A stretch of DNA of 62,474 nucleotides, counting the filler, from Kipferlia bialata (Eukaryota): the NCBI GenBank assembly GCA_003568945.1. It is 4 parts of 4 records of this genome, joined end to end, with 100 filler letters (N's around TTAATTAATTAA, not from the genome) between each part and the next. Parts side by side here need not be neighbours in the genome. Positions count along the whole stretch, not along the records: positions 1 to 15,565 come from BDIP01000688.1; 3 more parts are not named here. The stretch is one strand, 5' to 3'. Position numbers and translations under genes: made by a program. Positions 1-13,998 of the stretch are shown piece by piece. The notes beneath the pieces are model-generated. The model was not told the origin of the DNA. It saw only the letters and a list, made by a program, of their open reading frames with translations, and made no database searches. Within the stretch, counting starts at the first letter, position 1. Every line of letters starts with the position of its first letter.

Positions 1-21
1 GGGGGGGGGGGGGGGGGGGGG

Positions 22-56
<35 letters not shown>

Positions 57-182
57 GAGGACCAGCACCATATAGAGACAGGATACGTGTATCTACCATA
101 CATAATTCGTAAGCGACTCATTTTCCATTGCATATGGAAGCGTGTATATATGTAGATGACATCGGAGAGTGCCTATCACGTA

Positions 183-632
183 CCCGAATGGCCCGTCGTC
201 ACTGTCTATGGCAAAGCATCTGGTGTCAGTCTGAATACATGGAAGGGACTTCAGCATACTAATGATATCATAACGGGTGAATGATATTGCAAGCTACACA
301 GTATATAGTAGTATCAACCCCACGCACCTGGCAATGGGTGGTATCTCATAGGTCGGGGACGCAGACATGTCAATGTCGCCCACTGCACCCTTGCGCAGGG
401 GACGTGTCTGCAGGTATACAGCCACCAGCAGCGGGAACACTACTCTGAAGAGCAGCAGGCTCTTGTTGGCAAGAAGCTCAATCCGGTGCTTGCTCACTAA
501 GCCATAGAACTGTTCTGCATACAGGTGCTGCTTCTTGGATCTATTGGGCGTAGTCATGGGCCTCCACCATACAGCAGGAGTGGCTAGAAGAGGAGAGAGT
601 GGCTTGACAAGGTCAGTGACCACAGTGTTTGC
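183..632 (-). CDS. Internal exons of an unidentified minus-strand gene (partial, runs off the scaffold edge)
   Basis: Open frame 294-632 behind a TAG acceptor, plus a small CAG...GT-bounded exon at about 183-230. No recognisable motif. Confidence 0.3.
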
Positions 633-1113
633 CTAGTCTGAGAGTGTAGAAAGGGTCTAGAAAGACAGATCTGTCAGATGTGAGCCAATATTGGCGGCTC
701 ATGTGGCCATAGCGACAAACAGAGGCCGGGTCAGATCGGCAGAGACAAGTTAGAGCTTATGCAACAGAGAGTGCCCTGGAAAGGACGGTCAAATATAGGA
801 AAACAAAGCCAAAAAAAATGAACAATACTCACAATCCAAAATACTCATAATACTGGAAGACAATAACACTCAGTAGTATTGAGCAGTCTTGTGATTAGAT
901 GTATACTGCAGTACCGTGACGTCCTGAACCCTTGTCTGGGCACCGTAGACTCAGGTCCGGGGTGTCCTTACAGGCGAAATTAATGCAAACACACATTTCA
1001 CTGTAGATAAATCAGGGTTTGACAAGCTCAAAGGGGATACACGGAACGAACAACAACCTCTTCTTCACTCCACAACAGGGTGACACCTGGAGACTTGGGG
1101 CAGCTATCAGCTA

Positions 1114-4100
1114 ATGTTAGCTCCTTTGGTCCTAGTGGTCGCGCTTGTAGCGTTTTCGCTTCAAAGCAGCGTTGCTAGGCTTGTGTACCCTTCTGAGGTC
1201 ACCCCTTCCTCTGATTGGCCTGTCAAGTGCCTATTCTCGGATGGGATAGAGCCTGCCTTGACCGATGGCGTGTCTGTGTCCCTTCTGGACGCCCAGACAG
1301 AGTCGACAGTCCAGGTGGCGATGGCCACATCGGCCAACCTGTACACCGTCTCCTTCTCCGCTCCGTCTGCTGGCACCTACTTCCTTGAGGCCTCCCTAGA
1401 CGGCGAGGTATGGCCTAAATTATAGTATTAAGACACACTCTTGTCCTTACTCTGGTGTTATCTGCCTTTGCTTCATGACATATGTCTACACTGACCAAAG
1501 ACCCAAAAACACGTATTAGGGGTTTGGTGCTGAGTATCTAAATATCTAAATATAGACCACACATCTATTCTTATACTCAGACACTCCGCTCTGCCACCAC
1601 GATCACCTGCGATGCGGATTCTGCCACCCTAGCCCCTTACTCGGAGCAGCACGTGTCTGCCTCTGCCTCGGTGAAGATATCTGAGGTATGGTATATAAAT
1701 CTCCAATACTCATCCAATGAGTGGATTGTATTTAGGACCTATCTTCTCACTCTTTCTGTCTTTCTATAGATATATGTAGATGTGTCCTACCTTGTCTCTC
1801 ATCCCAGGACAAGGAGTGGCTAGCCCGCATTGCTGACGACGAGAGCCTCGAGATCTTTGCCCACGTCGGTGCCTTCTGGCTCCCCTTCACCTCCTTCACC
1901 ACCGAGCCCGACTACACCGACCTGTCTGGCAGCGCTGTCTCCCTCTCTGCATTCAGCCTGGCCATTGGAGATGTGGCTGGCACTCCCCGCATTGCTGTCG
2001 GCGTCCCCACCCACACCCAGGGCCTCTCTGCCCTGTCCGGTGCATGCATTGTGTGGTACTACACAGGCTGTGGGTGGGTGCATGAGAGGACGTTCCTGGG
2101 CACTGAGGTCGATGCCATGCTCCGCTCTGGGACGGGTCTCTACGTGCAGCTCGGCTACCAGGTCTTCATCGACCAGGGTCTGCTCTATGCCAGGGCATAC
2201 ACACTGTCCGACTTCTACGATGTGCCAGGCATTCTCTCCGCCTCCTTCAACTCCGACCTCGGTGTCTGGAACGACCTGGCTCAGATAGAGGGGTGTGAGG
2301 ATATCTTCACCAGCCCTTACATGCGCCTGGCGTCTCAGACTAACTACGACGTGGCTGATGGAGTAGTGGTTGCACTCGAGACTGGTGGTTTGTCGTACGC
2401 AGATATGGAGGTGTGTGCCGGTGGTGAACAGACCAGAAAGACCATCGACCTGCCGAAATATGACTACAGCTCCTTCACCTACTTTGGGATCAGAGATGAG
2501 ATCTGGGATTCCTTGGCAACCTCCATCTCTCTCGGTGTAGTAGATGGCCAGACTCTCCTGGCCGTGTCCTCCCCCTATGCCGCTGGACCCGACCACACCA
2601 TCCTCAGGGGGAGAGTGCGCATCTATGACTTGTCGCGCGGAGGTTGGTCTCCCATTGAGGTCCTGCCCAACACCCAGCCCGACGATGTCATTCTGTTTGG
2701 CTCTTATATCCACCTCGAGGCTGACACCCTTGTCGCTGGGTACGGTGCCATTCCCTCCTCTGTGGGTGAGACTCTGCTAGGGCAGCTGGGTGTTGTGGAT
2801 GGCGGAGTGGGCACAGCGTCTGTCTTCTTCATGGACGCCTATGAGTACCCTGACGTTGTGTATGGTGACGGTTGGGCCCAATACTGGATCCCCTACTCCT
2901 TCTCCTCCTATGGTGATGGGCTGGCGGTGGTGTCCGTTCCGGAGGAGACCCCCACTCTCCCCGCCGAGCTCAGTGTCAATGTGCTCTCCACTGAGCCATT
3001 CTATGAGTGTGAGTATCCCCTTGTGACCTTCGAGCTCCTCCAGGATGGTGTGGTATACACAGACTACGACCTCAGCAACGCCATGGTGGTTGGTGACATT
3101 AGTTACTATAACTGGGACAGCAACCAGGAGTACAACCCCCCCGTGACCTATGACACAGCCTCTGGTGTCTACACCCTGGAAGTGACGCACTACTCCTGTA
3201 GTGACACCTCCTGCCACGCATTCCTTTTCCCTTTCCAGTTCAAGATTGACATTGGGCCCAGGCTTGATGCCCGTGCCAACCCTGACTCGTCCCACCTCCT
3301 GGCCCCTCTCTACAAGGAGCCCGGCACCCACGTACTAGTCAAGGCTCTCTGGGAGAATATGTGTGGTAATGAAGTGACCACTGGTACCACCTCCTTCGAG
3401 CTCAGATCCACCACCTCTGACTACGCACTGAGTGCCTCTGTCACTGAGGCCCCCTACTACACCCAGTTTGATGGGTCTGACCTCCCCGCCGATACCTACA
3501 CGATCACAGCCACCTTCGACAGTGATGGATACGACTTTGACCCCCTCACATCCACTGTCACCGTCTCAGACGACCTCGACAACATCCAGCTGCTGAGGGG
3601 GAAGCTGACGTCGGCTCTCATTGTGGGCATGAACTCAGGCCTCATCGACATATCCTTCGCGCAAATGCAGGACATGCCTAGTATCCTGACTGAGATCTGG
3701 GACTTCATCGTCAGTGCCGAGGACAGTGGGGCAGGTGCTCTATTCCTGGAGGATCTCCTGACTCAGTTTGCCGCCCTCCACGGCCTTGACCTCGACGACC
3801 TGGTGTCCAGCCTTGAGAACCTCGAGGACGCCGATGTGAGCATGCGTCTAGGCGGCGCCCTTGGCCTTCTCAATGGGGTGGAGTACATGGACTACATGGG
3901 TGTGTTCAACACCTCTGGCAACGACCTCCTGGACTCTGCCTTCGACAGTGACTACTACCTGCCCTACCAGGTGGAGGTGTCCTTCGACGACATGGGCCGC
4001 AAGAGCTACAGCCTAGTCGCTGTTGTCGATGGGGAGGGAGAGCCTCTGTCCGACTACTACACCTGGTACTCCCAGGGTGGCCTCTCTGCCATGCTGGAGT

Positions 4101-7100
4101 ACCTCGACACCGACGTGTCCTTCTGGGACGGCCTCCTAGGCATCCTGACATATGTGGATGATATGGCAGGGGCTGAGGGGGTCATTGTCGACACCTATGC
4201 TGCCTACCTAGACCAGTTCCGGTCCATGCCTGAGGACTACACGGTGGGGTCTGCCTTCAACCAGCTGGTGGATAGACTGGATGAGGACGGAGAGGAGGGG
4301 CAGATGTCTGTTGGCGACATTGTGGACGGGGTGTCTGACCTCATTGGACACCTTGCCCAGGACACCGACCTGTTTGATGGTATCAACCACATTCTGGCCT
4401 TCATCGACACCCTGGCCGACACCCACATGTCTCAGGACTACACCGACTTCATGGCGGACACTGACACCTCTCTCAGGGACTTCCTGGCAGAGCTGGTGGG
4501 TGCACAGGACATGGACAATCTCGACTCCTTCCTCGCCTGGCTCAGTGGCATTGCCTCTGCAGACGGGACTGTTCTCGAGGGTATCCAGAGCACTCTGGAG
4601 CTGGTAAGAGACCTTGCCGGTATTACCAGGACCTCATCTCTCGAGGAAGCCCTCGACTATGTGAACACCCTCTTCGCAGACCTGGACGGAGACAGGGAAT
4701 ACCTTGTACGGTCCTACCTGGGGGACCTAGTCGATGAGTATGACACTGAGAATGCATCTCACTATGGTGATGATCTGGCCACCGTCGAGAGCTTCATCAA
4801 CGCCCTTGCAGCTAATGAGGAGCTGGAGCAGGACCTTGTCGCTCTGCTCTCCTTCATAGACGAGATGGCTGGCACCTCTCTCTCTGGGTACTATGCCAAT
4901 ATGCAGACATGGCTGGATGACCTGGAGCCTACCTACACCCTTGCCGATGCACTGCAGGACCTGCTGACTCAGGTGGACGAGGTTGAGGGCACAGACATCC
5001 TGGCCGCATATAACGAGGCCAGGGGGGTGTTGGATGATGTGGCTGATGCTGATACACTCCTCAACGGCCTCGTGGTGATTGTCAATGCATATGACCTCAC
5101 TGCCTCATTCCCGGAGGTGGCGTACCTCCAGACCGTGACTGACTTCATCAACGGTCTTGATGATACCTACACGGTGGAGACCGGCCTTGATGCTCTGCTT
5201 GACTACATCGATAAGGACGAGGAGATGGGCCTGGTCTCCATCAAGGAGTCTGTCCTCGCCTTCATCTCCGACATGACGGACCCCTCCTTCCAGAATAGGG
5301 TGGACACAGTCCTCACCATAGTCGACACATACACAGGCCTCGATCTCACAGGGCAGTTTGACTCCCTTGTGACCTACCTCGACACCTTGCCCGAGGATGC
5401 CACCGTAGCAGACTGCGTGCACGACCTGCTCGACTGGGTGGAGACCACCTCCGGCATGCCCCTTGCTGACGTGTGGGACCAGGTGGTTGCACTGGTGGAT
5501 GGTATGCCTGCCGACACCACCCTGGCAGACGGCATAGGACAGGTGCTGGACTATGTCGACGAGACATTCGAGACCAGCCTCGGAGAGTACTTTGGCGTGG
5601 TGGCTGACTGGCTGGCAGACCTGTCCCCCGAGTACACGATCCACGACGCCGTGTATGATGTGGCTCAGTATGTACAGGATAACTACAGTGTGATGCTTGT
5701 CACCTACTTCACCTCCGTCTCCACCTTCGTCGACAACATGACCTCCGCCCAGACTGTGTTTGACACCATCGAGAACCTCATGTATGCCATGGGCCCCTAC
5801 CTCTCGGAGGATATGGCGGCCCAGGTAGAGGCTGTGGCTGATGACCTCAGCGCCTTCCTCTCTGGCCTGACCAGCGAGTACACGCTCTCTGAGGCCCTCG
5901 ACGACCTCCTTGTCTATATTGACGACCTCCAGTTCGGGACGGACCTGGCGGCTTCCTACCAGAGTGTCAAGGACGTGGCCAATGAGTTCCTGGCAGACGC
6001 TTCCCTTCTCGAGGGCCTCCAGACCCTCCTCTCTGTCCTCTCCGATGAGGGAGTAGACGTCTCAGATGTCTCTGACTACCTCAACGCATGGGTTGACTTT
6101 GTTGAGGGACTCGATGAGGCATACACTGTCGGAGTGTACATCTCTGACTCTCTGGAGGCTCTCGATGAGGCATACGACATGACTGTCTCCCTCAGTGAGT
6201 CCTACGATGCCATGCTCACCTTCCTAGAGGCAATGTCCGTACAGGACATCTCGCTAGTGGGGGAGGCCGAGGCCGTGCTCAGTCTGATGGATGGCTCCCT
6301 TGGTTCCCTCATCCTCTACTACACAGACAACGGTGACGACGACTATGTGCCCTTCACCATGTCGGACCTCGTGGCTGACATCGACTCTGCCCTGGCCGTC
6401 ATCACAGACATCTACACAGTGCAGGATGCCGTCAACGACGTCTTTGACCTCATCGGTGAGGATCTTGGTGCCTCTGAGGAGATCGATGCTGTGCGCACTG
6501 ATCTGCAGACCCTCCTGGCCGGTCTAGCTACCGACGAGGACTTCATGGCCGGCCTCACCGATCTTGCCATCTTCTTTGACGAGATTGCAGGTGACACCAC
6601 TGTGGAGGACCTTCTCCAGAGCTTCGAGGACCTTGGGGCTGATTACACGGTGCTGGATGCCGTGGAGGCTCTCCTTGCAGACGTTGACAACGAGTACGAT
6701 ACCATGGCCGGCGATGTGTTCGATGACCTTCTGGCCCTGATCAAGTCCTTGGCTGAGGCCTCCACCTTCATGGATGGTATCGACGTCATCTGTGAGTGCA
6801 TCGACAAGTACACAGAGGTGGACTCTACCAGCTACCTCACCGAGATTGAGGACTGGATCAACGGCTTTGCCGCTGACTACACCCTAGGCGATGCCCTCGA
6901 GGATCTGGCAGCCGAGCTAGACCTCGACGAGGGCACGTCCCTGGTGGAGTACCTCGACGACACCATCGCCTACCTGCAGGCACTCAACGAGGACTACTAC
7001 CTCCCCGACGAGCTCATGTCTCTGCTCACCAACCTCAGCGACTGGAGCAGCGTGCTTGTCAACGACGTCATCGCCCAGGCCATGCAGTGGATACAGGACG

Positions 7101-10100
7101 AGGTGCTGCAGGGATTCACCTTCGCTGACCTCCTTGCCCCTGTCAACGACTGGGTGCAGGAGACAGGCGCCATCACCGTCTTCTCCATCCGTGACGATGT
7201 CGTTGACTACATCACCACCGACCTCGGGTTCACATTCTCTGCGGTCTTCGGAGATATCCAGCAGCGCCTCGATAGCTTCAATGCCATGCTGGTAGAGGAC
7301 ATCCTAGACGAGGCCCAGCAGTCTATCCGCGAGGCCACCGGCGTCAACCTCCCAGAGGCCTTCTCTGGCCTCGACGCCTCTCTCTCCACTGTGCTTGATA
7401 CCCCTGTCGAGGACTACCTCAGCCAGTTCCAGGACTCTGTCACAGAGGCCCTTGGATGGGACTATGCCAGTGTGATGTCTGCGGTCAGTGACTACTTCAC
7501 TGACGTGGGCGGGCTCTCTCTCCTGGACATCATGCAGCAGGTGGACGCCGAGTTCACTGACCTGGCTGGTGCCACCATCTCTGAGGTCTTCAACAACCTC
7601 CAGACCACCCTGTCTGAGTATGGGGCAGAGACTGTGCAGGGCGTCATTGACAGGGTGGTGGAGTCGATAGAGGACAACACAGGCATCACGCTGCCAGCCA
7701 CCATGGACGACCTAGTCACCATCGTCACCTCCTACACAGACGACCTGGCCTCTGACGTCATAGCCGATGTGCAACAGATAGTGGACGACGCCTTCAACGG
7801 GGTGGACCCTGTGCAGCAGCTGTTCTCTGCAATCGATGGATGGCTGGAGCCCGTGCTGGAGACACCTGTGCTGGACTACGTGAACACACTCCGCTCAGCT
7901 GTGACAGATGAGACGGGTACCTACGCGGATATCATGGCAACTGTCATGGAGAGTGTTGAGGGTATTGAGGAGTACTCCGTCCAGGACCTCGTCGACTCTG
8001 TGCGTGGCAGCATCTCCCAGGTCATTGACGACCTGGACATGGATCCCACGCTCCTGGAGGTCATCACCCAGGTGGCAGAGGGTATCAACGCGTACCTCGA
8101 CACCCCCCTCCTCGACATATCCGACGGCATATCCCAGGCATTCAAGGACGCGGTCGGGTATGACTTTGTAGACGGGGCCTCTCAGCTCTGGACGTACCTC
8201 GACGACACCCTCGCCTCCCCTGCCAGTTCCATAGCACAGGACATCGAGGACAGGATCACTCAGGCAGTCGGGGACAGCTTCTCATTCGCAGACATCTTCT
8301 CTACAGTGGATACCACACTTGGCGAGTGGGGGGCAATCAACCTCTACGACACCATGGTCCGGTACACAGAGAGCATCAACAGTGCCACCACAGACACCGA
8401 CCTCGTTGCTGTGTCCACTCTGCTGAGAGGGGGTAAGGTGTATGCCCAGATGCAGGGAGACGACGCATCCACAGCTGTCTCAGTCGGTGTTGCCCTGGGT
8501 GGCACTGACTGGCACACATCGGTCCTACTCTCCATCGACGAAGGGACAACCTACCTCTACTTCCCTACCACCGCCCCCCATGACGATTTCAGCACCGTAA
8601 CCTGTGCCTCTCCCAACCTGCTTGTGGGCGACACCCTCGAGGTTGAGGTTGTGCCCCTGACCTATGCCGGAACACCCCAGACAGGGGACGTTGAGGTGCT
8701 GGTCTCAGTGATGAGGGACAGCACCATGATAGAGTCCAACGTGCAACTGACAGGCCAGGACGGGGTGTACACCCAGAGTCTGGTGGTGGACACTGAGGGA
8801 GTGTACACCGTCACTGCCCGTGTTGCTGGCTCAGTCCTCTCCAACACAGCCACCGTGTACGTGGGCAAGGTCATGGTGGAGTATGGTGGCCGTGAGTTCT
8901 ACCTGTCCGAGAGTCTGTCTGTCGTCGAGGGTCTCCTCGACCACTATGCCGGAGGCGACACCCTCACTGGCGACATCACTCTGGTCACTGCCTCTGGCTC
9001 TACAGTGACAGCAGCCCTCCCAGTCACTGCTGCCTGGGACATGGGTCAGCAGCAGGAATCTGTCTTCCAGAACCCCAAGCACGCAGTGTCTGTCACCGTG
9101 CCATCCGCTGCTGGGTACCACTCACTCGACTTCTATGTGGATGGCCAGCTCCTGACATCCTCCACCACCACTCTGACTGTGGCTGTAGATGCCTATGGGG
9201 TAGCCTTTGTCTCTGACTACGCCATGCCCGAGGGTCTGGGTCAGACATGCGGCAGTTCCGACGTCTCCTTCACCCTCGAGGACTATGATATGTCCACCCT
9301 ATCGGCTGACCTCTCTGCGTCACTCTCCGCAGGATGGGACGGCGCCTCAGACCTCTCCCCCGTCTACTCTGACGTCGGCACCTACACCCTGACGGTCCAG
9401 TCCCCCACCGCTGCTGGTACCCACTACCTGGGAGTACAGGTGGATGGGGTGGTGGTCGACACCCGTTCAGTCACCACCAGCCAGGTCACATCTGCAGGGC
9501 AGAGCAGTGTCTCTGTCCCAGCAGATGTTGTCATCGGCAGGACCGCCTCTGTCTCTGTCACGGTGGCAGATGCATGTGGCAGTGTCATGCCTGCTGGCAG
9601 TGTGGTCACTGTCAGTGTGGGGTATGGAGAGTCCCTCCCCTCCCCCGTGTCTGGTGTGACTGAGACCTCCCCAGGTGTATTCACAGCTGTCACGGACACC
9701 CTGGATATGGAAGGCGACTACACCGTGTCAGCGACCGCAGACGGCCTGGCCCTGCCCTCCCAGACCATCACAGTGCACCCCCTCCCTGTCTCTGCCCCCA
9801 CCTCCTCTCTCTTCCTATGGGACGAGGATCACGACGGCCTGTTCCTGTCCTTCCCCAGCATCACTCTGTCAGGTGACCTCACCTCCCCCCTCGCATGCTC
9901 AGCCCTTCTCGACATTGTGACAGCTGACCGTACCTTCGGCGATGCTCTCTGCTCTGTCGAGAGTGACGGTGTCACAGTGCTGGTGGAGGACAGCTCTGAC
10001 TTCAAGCTCCACTCCGGCGACTCCATCCAGTTCGTCAGTGAAGCACCTCTGCTACCCTATGAGGTGATTGCTGGCGAGACTGTACTTGGACTGCCCATGG

Positions 10101-12508
10101 TCCTGGACGGCACCTTCACTGTAGACTACTCTGCCAGGGATATGCCGACTGCCAGGGTCGATCCCAACGATAGCAACATCAAGCTGCCCCTCCTGCCTTG
10201 TGGGTCTCTGTCCCTCGACGTCCATGTCAACAAGGAGGCCAAGTGTGACCCTCTGGTACAGTGGAGCACAGACGGCACCGTCTACACACCCATCGACACC
10301 CTTGTGATTGAACTAGGCGACAGCATGGGCACGACCAGCACTGTCTACTACACGGTCGAGACCTGCTTCAGCCTTGTCTCTGGCCAGACCACATTCACCG
10401 TCCGTGACCCCGTGGCCCCCATGTACACCCTCCCCAGCAGTGCTCTCGTCAGCCTCGGGGACTCTATCACCTTCGACCCCTCCGTCTCTCTGGGCTGCTA
10501 CTGGGCTGCCCGGGAGGAGGACCTGACCATGGAGTGGACCGTCCCCCCCATGCTGCAGGACTACACCCTTGAGACAGACACGGTGCTCGAGGTGGACGCT
10601 GACAGTACCATCACTCAGGGCTCCTACGACCTTGTCTTCTCTCTCTCTGGCGAGGGCATCAGCGACGAGACCACGGTGACTCTTGTTGTTGACGGAGATG
10701 TGTCTCTGTCTGTCCTCACCGACTGGCCCGATGTGGACAGCCCAGGCTACCTGGGAGCCAACACCGACCTCCTTGTATCCCTAGTCTCTAGCGATGAGAC
10801 CGCTGTCGACATGTCTGCCGCCCTGTGGGAGCTGGACTCCTCTGACACCCACACCACTGCCACAGGGGCAAGTGCCTCCTTCGCAGACGTTGCCCCAGGC
10901 ACATACGAGCTGACTGTGACGGTCAAGAAGGTGTCTACCCAGGCGGACCTGTCCCTGGCCTCTGTGGTCACTGTGCTCGAGGCCCCTACCATTAGCACAT
11001 ACACCCTGACTGGCAGTGAGTTTGATCAGTCGGAGGAGGTGGCACTCACCACCACCGGTGCCCTCAACGCCTTTGGGGTCTCCATCGACCTCAACCTGTG
11101 GGCATATGACACAGAGACAGGCGAGAACACCGTGCCCTCTAGGGTTGTTGACTCCTCCGCAGAGCTCTACATACCCCAGAGCGGAGAGTTTGACCTGTAC
11201 CTTGGGGCCTGTGACCGTTTCCGTGGCTGCACCGAGGAGAGTGTGGGCGTTGTGACCATCAAGCTGTTGCCCCCCCCTGCGGCAGACGAGGACGTGACCG
11301 AGGCCCCCATTGAGGAGCAGATGGCCATGGTGGCTAGTCTGGGTGCCGGAGAGCAGGACGGGGCATGGGCTGCCCTGGACGAGGAGACGCGTGTCGACCT
11401 TGCAGCCACGCTCACCGCCTCTATCCTGGGCACTGAGGACGACGACGAGGAGGAGGAGGAGGAGGAGCCCGACTTCACAGATGTGATGCTGGTGGTTGGT
11501 ATGGGCAACGAGCTGACGCTTGATGAGGACACCTACGACGACATAGCCAACGTGGTGGCTGACGTCATCCAGCCTCTGAACCAGGACCAGGCCTCGTCTC
11601 TCGTGGCACTAGCAGACAATGTACAGGACCCAGAGACCAGCAAGGACCTGGGCCTCGTGATCGGGCAGCAGCTCGCAGCTGGTCTGGAGAGAGACAGCGG
11701 GATGTCTGGCCCCAACGACAGTGCCACGTCTATTATGACAGTGCTGAAGACTAGTGACCCTGTGGAGATTGAGAGCCGGGAGTTCTCAATCATATCTGAC
11801 AGCGGTGCCGTCGACATGACCAGCGGCCTGGGAGGCCTGTCCATGCCAAAGTGCTCTCTCAGGGATGGCCTTGTTGGCTGCAACTCTGGGTACAAGACCC
11901 TTGTGGCAGAGACTGACACTGCAATGGACACTGAGGACCCTGCCGAGACCATCGTGTCCAGGCGTGTCTCTGTGAAGGGCAGCGTGTTCCTAGGAGTCAC
12001 CGAGGACACCTCTGCTGTGCTTGACGACGCCTACACCCTGACCCTCGGCCTGCTGACAGGTGCCGCAGACGTGTTGGCAGACCTCTTCTGTGTCTTTGAC
12101 GGAGAGGACACTGCCGCTAGTGGGTGCTCAGCTGCCCTGTCTTCCGACGGCACCGCCATTGAGTGTACCTGCACCACCCTGGGAACCATTGCAGCCTACT
12201 CCTCTATCCCTGAGGCCCCTGCTGACACCTTCAACTGGGTGCCTGTTGCCCTGGGAGGCGCTGGAGTGCTGTCCCTCCTTGGAGTCGGGACATGCTGCTG
12301 TGTGCGCCGCAAGAGTAACAAGAAGGCTAAGGCTAAGGCCCAGATGAAGAAGCAGGATGACGCCCTCAACCCCCTAGCAGGTGTTCCCGTACCTGTCGCT
12401 GTGGTACCCGTAGGAGTGGTGGAGAGAGTGCCCCTTCCCATGGCTGTGCCTGCCGGTGGGGAGCAGGTCAATGTAGTCGTGCCAGTGGCTCCTGTCGGGA
12501 GATTCTGA
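1114..12508 (+). CDS. Giant (~3700 aa) single-pass type I membrane protein: signal peptide, FG-GAP-like repeats, long acidic alpha-helical repeat region, Ig/filamin-like and PKD/REJ-like beta domains, GPS-like motif, TM, short tail
   Basis: Exons 1114-1407, 1581-1685 and 1808-12508 splice in frame through GT-AG introns. Hydrophobic N-terminus MLAPLVLVVALVAFSLQSSVA. Motifs IAVGVP..SGACIVWY and LAVSSPY..RGRVRIYDL. C-terminal CVFD..SGC..ECTCTTLGTIAAY, then TM WVPVALGGAGVLSLLGVGTCCCV and basic RRKSNKKAKAK. Domain names are motif-level inference. Confidence 0.85.
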
Positions 12509-13953
12509 GTTTTAGTGTAAATTGTGTGAAATATCTGTTGTGTTGTCAATAAGACCGTGTTGGTTGTCATTTTCTGTCATATTACCCATAAACAATGAAA
12601 GGCCTTGCTCTATGCCATGCCACGGGGTTATATGCTTACTAATTCTAATTGATATTATCAACTCAATACATGACTGAGAATCGCGGAATCATCCATTGCC
12701 GCCGTCATTACTGTCTCAGGGATTGAGCTCTCCTTCCACCCATTGGCCACACTGTATTTGTAATGAGACAGAGAAAATCTGTGGGAGACACGTGCAACAT
12801 TCCGTCTGCCAGGAATTATTTATCGAGGTAGTACACTCTTTCCCCTTAACCCCGAAGTTGCACATAGTTCATCAGTGTGATAGAGAGAAGAGAGTAGTCA
12901 AATAGGGACACCAAACGCCCAAGGAGGTCCTCCGACCCACATGATATTGATGATATCGTATAGATACGCAGGAGAGAAGTTGTAGGGGTTTAACCTCCAT
13001 ACTCTTGTTACGCGTAGTCGATACACATATCTTCCTGATCTATAAGGCGACTTGTGGTGGCGGTGGAATTACACACCTCAGTGCAAGTCTCCATTTAGAG
13101 AATCCTAATCCAATTCTTCAGTATAACGTGAATGGCCTAGTGTTCACCAAGCCTCTCCTGAACTTCTGCTTTTCTTTTGATCACACTTGCCCCCTTGGTC
13201 CGACACCGTGTAGGAACCTCGCATCTGCGGTGGCTTCTAGCCTAGTAACTAGGACACGATCATCCAGGCACCGCACAACCAACATCGGTACGTTGCTCGG
13301 GATATGACAGAGACAAAGACACCAAGAGAGTGATCAATGTTGGAGGGAAGGAGCATTTGGTCGGTGACTGATAGGTGTCTTCATGCATTTGAGGCCAACT
13401 ATTCTTCTGTTGCCTTCTTTCAACAAGTGAACATGGTTTAGTTATGACAATGTATACTGCAGCCTGTGGTATTCTCTGTCAGGACTGCCGCCCTTTGCGT
13501 GATAGATATACAGGTATATGTGCTCTATAGTGCAGATGAAGCAGCATATATATGGCTTCGAGGGACCAAGTGCCCCTAACAATGGAATAGATTCATTGAC
13601 TCTACGCGGATCCCGAACCCAGCTATGGGACTGATGGGTATGGGTCCTTCTTTTGACCAGTGGCCATTGGGCCTTGAACGGCAGGTCTGTAGTATAGACA
13701 CTCTGCGCATGGTAGCATTACAATTACACGAGGCAGATGCAAACGGAGTCAGAATATATATATATATATATACTAGTTCAGTGGGGATATTGAGTCTCAT
13801 CATTCTATAATCACAGTAGGTATTTAGTAGTCAGAGTATATCTGTCATGGGGAATGACCATTCAGTGCCATGGTGGCAGAGCATAACTAACATACTTGTA
13901 TATAATTCATAATATGGGGAAAGGAGTCAACAGCTGTTAATTTGGGGGGGGGG

Positions 13954-13998
<45 letters not shown>

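Noticed and set aside
1820..12570. Numerous antisense or alternate-frame ORFs over the giant gene
   Set aside because: They are shadow ORFs caused by GC-rich codon bias.
12600..13900. Possible gene or mobile element downstream of the giant gene
   Set aside because: Only short ORFs, with no recognisable motif, terminal repeats or consistent exon chain.
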